Of a stretch of 64,000 nucleotides of DNA, positions 55,001 to 64,000 are shown one piece after another (position 1 is the first letter of the stretch; each line of letters starts with the position of its first letter). Source of the DNA: Gnetum montanum (Eukaryota; Plantae; Gnetophyta); the NCBI GenBank assembly GCA_015680685.1, contig MNCI01003331.1, positions 123,604 through 187,603 of the forward strand, read 5' to 3'. The notes under the pieces are model-generated. The model was not told the DNA's origin, did no database searches, and was given only the letters and a program-made list of their open reading frames with translations. The position numbers were made by a program, and so were the translations under genes.

Positions 55001-56192
55001 AGAAGAAAAAGGTGAACAAGAGGAAAAAAGAATGGAAGAAGGGAAATAGATTTTATGAAACCTAATCCTTTTGAATTTTCTTAATCTTCTTTTATTGCAA
55101 TTCATGGAAGAAACACATGGGATTTGGTGCTCTTAAAATGGAAGCATGGTGAATCCTTTTAGGGAAAAGACCACATCCACTCTTCTTTCATGAAATTTTC
55201 CATTGTGATGTAAGCACAAAATTGTGATAATGTGTGTGTGTGTGTGTGTGTGTTTATGTGTGTCATGTAAGTATTGTGTTGTATGTTTATATGTGTTTGT
55301 GAGATAAGTTTGAATGAAAAAGATAAAATGTTATGCGCTCTAAACACTCCATGTGTGTTGTGATTTGGTTTGTGTGTGAATTATGGCCTATGTGAGGGGG
55401 CAACAGCTATTCTAATTGTAAAGGCATCTTGTGTGGGAATCAAAAGTCTTTTAAAGAAGGAGGGTATTGATGTGAACATCAAACAAGCCAAAGTAATATC
55501 TCTCCATTGATGGGATTTTTCCCTAGATTTTTGGCATTTTTGGAAGTGTTTTGAGGTCATTTTGATGACTATAAGATGTTCATGGGGCTATGGGAACTTT
55601 TTTGGAGGTATCCAAAGGTTCCATGTCTCAAAACAAGAATCTTTAACTTTGACCCTAGAAAGATAGACATTTATACTAATAGTTAGGCATCTACACTACA
55701 TATTAGACATATACTACACCTCAAAGACATCTACTCTAATAACTTTTGCACTCGAGAGAGATGTCTCATGTTTCCCCAGGACATCTACTTTGAGACACTT
55801 GGGAAAGATGCCTCCTGTTTCTTGAAGATGTCTCTTTCAGATTCTAACAAACATTAACTTAAATAACCAATAGGAAGAAAGATGAAGAGATAGGAGGAAA
55901 AGATATAAATAGACCTCTTGGACATTTAATTTTATGAAGAGAGTCAAAAGAGAGTCTAGAGAGAAAAAGAGAGAGTGTAGAAAGTTGAGAGAAGAGTAGA
56001 GGGAAAGAGATAGAGTCTTGGCATGGTGCCTTGATGATCATCCTTGTGAGTGTGTGATTGCTTTGATTCAATGTGTGAGAGTTGGATTGAATCTCTTGTC
56101 TATCCTTGGGAATTGTGCTTCCTTTCATTTGTAAATTATCCATTTGAGTAAGAATAAAGCTTTCATTTTCCTTTTCTTGTTCAAATTTGCTA
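52022..56192 (+). mobile_element. Non-autonomous CRM-like gypsy element (gag only)
   Basis: LTR blocks 52180-52482 and 55875-56192 are similar. MPPKKK start at ~52586, FNG..GTKDFLSWL...VWW, CFNCGEKGHK*WKC. PPT AAAGAAGGAGGGTAT|TGATG at 55468. No PR, RT or INT recognised. Confidence 0.8.
55231..55252. repeat. (TG)n microsatellite
   Basis: TGTGTG run of about 11 units. Confidence 0.9.
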
Positions 56193-56199
56193 TTTTATG

Positions 56200-58140
56200 A
56201 CTTTGAGAGAGCTTGGATTGTGGAATCCATGGGAGCTCTTGATTAGGACCTAAAGAAGCATATATTAAATTTACTTTAAAGAAGGAAGAAAATGATGAAG
56301 AAGACCCTTTAATTAAAGATCTAATGTAAGAATAAAAATAAAAAATGAAAGACTGACATGATTGGATGATAATTATACTCCATGTATCAGAGGCTATAGT
56401 TGAACAATTATACTTCTTGAAGACTATAAAACAAATATGGGATAGATTATGCAAATATTACCTTGGAAATTTAGAGAATAAACACATAAAATAAATTTTA
56501 TATAATTCCTAGAATGACAAATTAGAAATTAAGAAGGATGATGACATTAAGGATTTTTCTTTTAAGAATGTATAGCTACATAAAAAAACATTGATGAATT
56601 TGGTTGTGGCTTCACATAAGATCAAAAATAAAAAAAGGTAGATGCTACTATTTGAAATAATCCCATATATTAAAACATGATGAATAATTTCTTATAAAAT
56701 AAAGAATTCAAATAAGTCACTATTGATGATATAGTTTCTTAGATTAGAACCCTAGAAAGTTTAACGATAGAAAACATTAAAAAGACTAAGATTTTATAGC
56801 TAGTAGAGAAAGAAAAATATTTAATAGAGGAATCTATAAATTCAATGAAAATTACATTTAAGACTAAAGTAATCAATACATGACAAAGATTACTTAAAGA
56901 GAAAATAAAAGTAGAGGATTCATGAGAGGAAGGTAGAACTCATAACAGTAGAGAAATGCACAAGCATACATATCTATTTCTTCATGCTATAAAAAGAGAG
57001 GTCACATCATGAAAACATGTAGGAAAAAATTAGGTTTAATGATATACAACTCTATAATAAGAATCAAGAAGAAGCCAAAACTTCTATCTTGATTTAAGAA
57101 GAAAACAAAGGTAAATTAAAGGCTTTTATTTTTAGGATCATTATCAAGAAAAATTCTTGGATCTTGGACAATGGTTGCTCTAACTACATGATACCCTAAA
57201 AGTCTCATATTTTATTCTAAAATTTAAATAGGATTAAAAATATAAAAATATGTGATGGCATGCATTTCAATATAGAAGAAGTCAAAAATTACATTGTCAA
57301 ATTACATAACAACAAAGTTATAGCTATCATGGATGTTTTCTATGTTGTAAACATCTCAAACACTTTACTTTCAATGCAAAAAATGGCTAGAAAGAGGAGA
57401 AATGTTCATTTAAGAAAATAATTCATTCATCATTATAAAATTAAATGAAAAAAGAATTTTTACTATGTAGACTATAATCACATTGATCTCCTAGGCAATT
57501 CCATTGATGGAATTCATGATTCCAAACAAACCACTATTTAAATAATAACCTTAGAAAAAAAAAAGCAAAAGAAGACACTCATCAAACTACTTCAGAGCAT
57601 CAACACTTAATTGCTAATGAAGAAGTCAAGACATGGTCTAAAAGATTGGGTCATACTTTTTATAACAATCTACAAAAATGTCAAATATGAAGAAAGAAAT
57701 AAGACTTGAAATTAGAAAAACTTTCAAAGAAAAATGTAAAATTTAAATCTAGGAAAAACAAACCAACACTCCCTATACTATATTTATGCAAAGAAAAGAT
57801 AAAATGCTTGAGCGACTTTACATGAATCTTAATGGTTCTATGATAGCCACTTTAATTAGTGAAACAAATTACACATTTTTCTATATTGATGAGTACTCAA
57901 AATTTACTTGAACTTAAAATATGACATACAAGTATGAAGGAAGAAATAACTTTAAATATTTCTATACCATTATGAATAATAGAATGAACTTCTCAATAAA
58001 ATTTATTAGATAAGGAAGAGGTAGAAAATTCATTAATAATGAAATTGAAGACTTCTATTCAAACTAAAGAATATTTTATTAAACTAAATGTTGGTACAAC
58101 CCATAATCAAATGGAGTAGTAGACAGAAAAAAATAGAACT
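56200..58140 (+). mobile_element. Decayed copia gag-protease-integrase
   Basis: CYKKRGHIMKTC knuckle remnant (~56986), WILDNGCSNYM (~57158), W..RLGH, IDEYSKFT, NGVVDRK. Confidence 0.85.
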
Positions 58141-58248
58141 CATATTTCAAATTTATCATGAAAATTGTAGAGAGAGAGCATAACACAATAGGAATGGTTT
58201 TTGCTCAAATGCTTGCATTTTAGCATAAATTTTTTCTTTCTTATCCTA

Positions 58249-61200
58249 TGTAACACCCTCCTTCCTACCCATAGAATAAGAGCATTACATGGGGTAAAAC
58301 AAATGGTAGAGTAATGAATTGTTTCATTCTAACTTATTAAAAGAAAGTATGGTTAAGCCATGATCAAGAGGAAGAAGAGATTAATTCATAGATAATGGAA
58401 CAAATTATTTCTTTTAATATTAAGATGAATATGATGAATATATATACAAGTAATGAAAATTTAAATTACAAGCATCCATTGAAAGAAATATTACATTAAT
58501 GTCCTCATAAATTACATAATTATCTCATGTAAAACATATTACATAAAGAAATATGATAAGTTCTCATTGTTACATAATTCATAATCTATACAAGTCTACT
58601 ATAAAAGATCAAACATGTGAATCAAATTAATATACATCTACTTATAGAATATCAACTATAATCCCAAATAGCATATAATTTCATATTTTTTTATGAACAT
58701 CTCCAATGTACACATTTACTTCATGCTCTTCCTANACATATCCAATGTACACATTTACTTCATGCTCTTCCTAGCCCAAAGTATCTATACACAAAATAAA
58801 AATATCAACTACCGCTGAGTGAGTAACCTTGGCACCATCTTCTAGTTGAATCTAGGATAGGTTTCATGAGGACTAGGTAGGGCATGAAAACTTGCAAAAA
58901 AAAATCAATGCAAAACATATCCAAACATACAACCACTACAACATCCAATATCATCCATCACAAACATGTCAAAAACCTGATGCTGTACATCTATCAATGT
59001 AAAGAATATGCAAACACACAGCCATCACAAACATCCTTGAATAATGGGTTCAATCCATCGCAATGGTCCAATACACACATTTTTCCACTCCACCCATCAA
59101 TTGAGCAAACAAGGAGGCTACCACACACCACACTTAGTGTCAAAGTGTATTAAGTTGTCATGAATACTTTCTAATTTCCAAACAAAGTTTCCAACAAATT
59201 ATCAAATTACCATGTGCATAGATTTATTATTAGTTTCAATGCATCAAGGTGCTCCCAATGAATCCACACCAAGATTTGAACCAAGGTGGTCCTTATGGAT
59301 TCTCCACCAAGGTTTCCAACATACCAGTGCTAGAGGTGTCATTATGGATACCCACCTCTAGACTTCTAAAGACATCCAACATCACCATTGAGCCATGGAT
59401 CACCCTCTCCTATAGGATGGGACCTATAGCAAGAGCCACAATGGTGCACTAATAATCAGAATTAATCAAGAAAAAAATCATCTCTAGGGAGCCTCATCTC
59501 CAACTAGTTACACACTTAGTATTAGCTCCATTATTTAATCACATAGCAAACAATCAAACCATGTCATCATCTAGCCATCTCATAATGGTAAACCAACATC
59601 ATCCAACCATATAACAATGCCAAACCAACCTTTATGGTGAAGGGACTTAATATCAAATGGACCATCAATTTAACATGTCATAGTGTAATGAAAAGTTCCA
59701 CAATTTCAGTTATCTAGTTATTCAATAATATCCAATCAGACAAGGTTCCAAAACATATTCAAGGGATCCAAAACTTCCAAAATTTCAACACTCATTCACA
59801 AGACCATGCCTAATAGAATACATGTCCCAAATTTCCATAGATTCATAATTAATTACAATGAAAATCCTTTCAACAATTTTCAATGGGTAATATCCAAAAA
59901 TAATTCACATAGCAACACAAGGATCAAAAATAGAAAATGATTCTCAAATTATGAATTACTAGATATTGAGCAAACTTGATAGCCATAAATGAAATACCAA
60001 TAATTCACACATACCTATGCATTTTCTCATAATTAACTATTCATTTGAAAGCTGACATCCATACCTAGGTTTTGTAAAAATATTAGAAAAACTACAGATC
60101 CAAAGCTATAGATATCAGTCCAACATTCTAGGTAATGAAATAGAGATAGAATGAGTGTCTAATAGTAAATTACTAATAAAACCATAAAAATAAAACCTTT
60201 TCCATAGTTTCTACGTCTACTAATAATGTAAGAGATAATTCTCATAAAAATTAAAAAATAAAATACATGATAGATAAGAGGTTATGAATTGATGAATCTT
60301 TATATTACATTTCTTTGTAATTTTAGACAGCTCTCACTAATGGAATTATAACTCTTTACACACAACTCTACTTTACATGACTCTAGTTGGATATGAATTA
60401 TATTTAAACTATTTCTAACATATCCAAAATTTAGAACTATATCTATATCCAATATCAAGATATGACCTCTGCATTAGATCCTACTAAAATTATAGTGATT
60501 CTAGATAGTGTTGAAAGAACAACCTACAGAGCCTAATCTTCCATGAATTTTGATCTATGTCCTCTAGAAAAATTATAGATAATGTTATGAAAAATTGAGA
60601 AATAGGTATATTTTACTAAGATTCAAATTATAGAGAAAGATATGACTATTTTACCAAGCACTATACTAGTAATCCTTAACCCTCCAAAATGTAAGATTCA
60701 TAAAAAGTGCATTAAATCAAGAAAAAAAACAAATCCACCACTGATACTCCATATTTAGAACATGAAATCAATACCCTTCCCAAAATATGATATATATACA
60801 CACTTTTACTTCAATTAAAATAAAACCCAACCCCGATCTATGCCTAAACATGGCAAATTGACACAACCATGAAAAGGGAGCCAAATTTACTTACCTAGAT
60901 GTTGCTAGCTTCAATTTCTTGAGTCTTCCCATGTGCTCTTGAAAGCTCTTCATACTTCTTCTACCCAGCAGCCTTTCAAACCAAGAGCCAATAGAATAAG
61001 AATGCTTTGGGTTAAGGGAGTGTGTGGTATTTAATGGCTTCTCCTCTACTCCATCTACCACCAATCCATGTGACCTAGAAACCCTCTCTCATCTACTTTC
61101 AAGATCAATGTGACTCATCAACCTTTTTTCCTTTTAATTTAAGTAATACCAAAGTATTACTTAATGGCATAGCCATCATAGCCATCATAGCCATACCATG

Positions 61201-61422
61201 TCCATGTCATAGCCTTCATGAGAACTTGCCACAACTCATTCACCCAATTACTACATACTAGCGATAAGTAAAAATCATTAATCATACATAATTATAAAAT
61301 AAATAAACATGAGTAATATAAATTTATCATATGCTAAGTAAAATTATTTATGCATATAAATATTAATAGTATTACACATCCTTAATCATTCTGAAATATT
61401 TACTAAAATTTGGGTTGTTACA
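58249..61422 (-). repeat. 3' LTR (3174 bp) of a Tekay element
   Basis: TGTAACAC...GTTGTTACA termini. Adjacent minus-strand PPT GGGAGGAGAA at 61423-61432. Confidence 0.85.
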
Positions 61423-64000
61423 TTCTCCTCCCATTAAGAATCTTCCTCCTTGAAGATTTTAGAATGGGCTTCATGCATATCAAACTATAGTTCCCAAGTT
61501 AATTCTTGAAAACCATGACAACTCCATAAGACTTTCACCATCAAAACTAATTTTCTATGTGGCTAATGTACCATACGATCTATAATCTTAATTAGACATT
61601 TAACATAGGAGGCATTAGTCTCATGTTGCACTTCAAACCAATCTACTACATGGCTTTCATCTGCAACATAACCTCACAACATGGATACATAGAATACATC
61701 ATGCATGCTAGAGAGTTCTAGTGGTGGACTACCTGATATGCCACCTCTCCAATACACTACAAAATATCAAAGGGACTTATGTAATGAGGTGTCAATTTAC
61801 CTTTTCACCTAAAGTGCATCAAGCCCTTAAGTGGAGAGATTTGAATGAACACCTTATCTTCTAGTGCAAACTCAAGAGGCCTCCTTCTATGATTTTCATA
61901 GCTTACTTGACAATCTTGAGTAGCCTTGAGCCACTCTTGAATTATCTTTATTTGCTCTGAGATATGAAGGATAATATCAAAGCTAATTTATTGCCTATCC
62001 TCAACTAAATCCTAATACAATTGTGTTCTATAGATTCTACCATACAAGATCTCATATGGTTTTTCCTTCAAGATCTCCTAGTAGCTATTGTTGTAGGCAA
62101 ACTCTACTAATAGTAACAAACTATCCCAAGAGTCTAAAAACTATAATGTGCATGCTCGAAGCATGTCTTCTAACACCTAGTTAACCCATTCAACCTATCT
62201 AGCTATTTGAGGATGATATGATGAACTCAAGTTTAGTCTAGTACCTAGGCTCATCATAAATTCTTTCTAGAATAATGAGGTGAATTTGGGATCACGATCT
62301 TACACAATCTTGGAAGGAATATCATGTAGTTGAACAATGTCCATGATAAATGATAGTACCACATTCTCAACACTAGTCATAGTCTTTGTAGCAAGAAAGT
62401 GGGCAAGTTTTGTTAACAAGTTGACTACCACAAGGATAGCATCCTTACCACCCTTAGTATGAGGCAATCTAGTAATGAAATCCAGACCGATTACCTTCCA
62501 CTTCCACTCTAGAATTATGTGAGGGTACAAGTAGCCACTTGGTTGTTGATGCTATAACTTAACTTGTTGAAAAATTAAGCACTTTGCTACAAATTCTTCA
62601 ACCTACCTCTTCATTTTTGGCCACTAGTATAACTTCTTTAGCATTTGATACATTTTACTCTACTTGGATGCATTTGAAGTTGACTAAGATGAGCTTCCTC
62701 TAGTAAGAGTTTTCACAGGGCAACAGGTACACACATCCAATCCTTACGACAAAGCAATCCCAATGCATCCACTATAGCTAAGGAATCACCAGATACCCTA
62801 AAGATAGATATACCAATAATCATGCCCCTATTCTACATGAATATCGTTTGGTACATCAGACTAGATCATAAGACTATAGAGTTTACTGGCCACCTGACTT
62901 AAGACATTTGAAACCACATTACTTTTTCCTAGCTGGTATTGGATGGTAAAGTTAAAATTAGTTAATATCTCTATCCATCATCATTGTTGTAGGTTCAAAT
63001 GTGGTTGATTCATTGGATATTGGAGTCCTTTATGATTGGTCCAAATGGTCAATTTTTCTTCAAATAGATAATGACATTAGACCTTCAAGGTAAATACCAT
63101 TGCTCCTAACTCAAGATCATGGATGGGATAGCATAACTCATGAGGCTTCAACTATCTTGAGGCATATGTTATTACCTTGTCCTTCCACATAAGGATACAT
63201 CCATAACCTTCTCTTGATATAGCTATGCATACATCAAAGGGTTCACCAGGGGTAGGTATCACCAAGATTGGAGTTGATGTTAATATACTCTTCAACTCCT
63301 CAAAAGTAGCATGATAATGAGGATTCCATAGAAACCCAATGTCCTTTCAAAATAGCTTCATGAGAGGTGAAGCAATACAAGAGAAGTTCTCAATGAACCT
63401 CCAATAATAACCTACCAAGCCAAGAAAGCTATGCACCTCTCTAACATCCTTAGGAATCAACCAATCCCTAATGACTAATATCATAGTAGGATCTACTACT
63501 ATTCCATCCTTCAAGATGACATGATCCAAGAATTAGATCTCACAATTCCAAAATGAGCAATTTGAAGGTTGAGCATAGATTCGATGTCCTCTAAGTGTTT
63601 GCAAGATAGTTCTTAGATGATCCTAATGTAGGTCATTTGATGCTAAATATATCAATATGTCGTCAATGAAAACAATGATAAATTGGCCTAAGTATGACCT
63701 CATGATACTATTCATGAGATGCATAAACACTACTAGAGCATTAGTTGGTCCAAATGGTAGAACCAAGAACTCATAATGCCCATATCGAGTCCTGAAAGCT
63801 ATCTTAGAACTATCACCTTCTCCATTGCAAACCTAGTGGTATATTGACTTCAAATATATCTTTGAGAACAAGTAAGAACCCCTTAATTAGCTGAAAAAAT
63901 CATCTATGCAAGGCAAGGAATACCTATTTTTTACTTTCACTTGATTTCGTTATCAATAGTTGATGCATAACCTCATGCTTCCATCCTTGTTTTTGACAAA
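61423..64000 (-). mobile_element. Decayed Tekay (chromovirus) pol: RT, RNase H, integrase, chromodomain; runs off the window
   Basis: [32 protein letters not shown]-like motif, LDFITRLP..KDAILVVV, SDRDPKFTS-like motif, HDVFYVS, VKVLW...TWE. Confidence 0.93.

Noticed and set aside
58697-58773. Near-perfect ~38-bp tandem duplication
   Set aside because: It straddles a single N, probably an assembly artefact.

Overview
AT-rich, CpG-depleted plant nuclear DNA made almost entirely of nested, mostly decayed retrotransposons. These include several Ty1/copia relics, a SIRE-like element and related LTR, Galadriel-, Athila-, CRM- and Tekay-like Ty3/gypsy relics, an RTE LINE fragment and a cluster of tRNA-derived SINEs. 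One much younger, nearly intact copia element (4043-11461, TAR-like) has a single Gag-Pol frame broken by two CGA>TGA stops, and it splits a CpG-retaining, exon-like island. Three things stand out. (i) An intronless, catalytic-domain-only CCR4-type deadenylase pseudogene (14228-15389) lies head-to-head with an unknown decayed ORF and just upstream of a gypsy-type PPT/LTR start, so it may be retrotransposon cargo. (ii) The copia 5' leader holds an array of stem-loops with unrelated stems but a conserved CCCACAGG loop and apparent compensatory changes. (iii) An AGACGTCT-derived motif array recurs in LTRs of copia-like and gypsy-like elements. All calls are by eye, lineage names come from remembered motifs, and boundaries of decayed elements are approximate.
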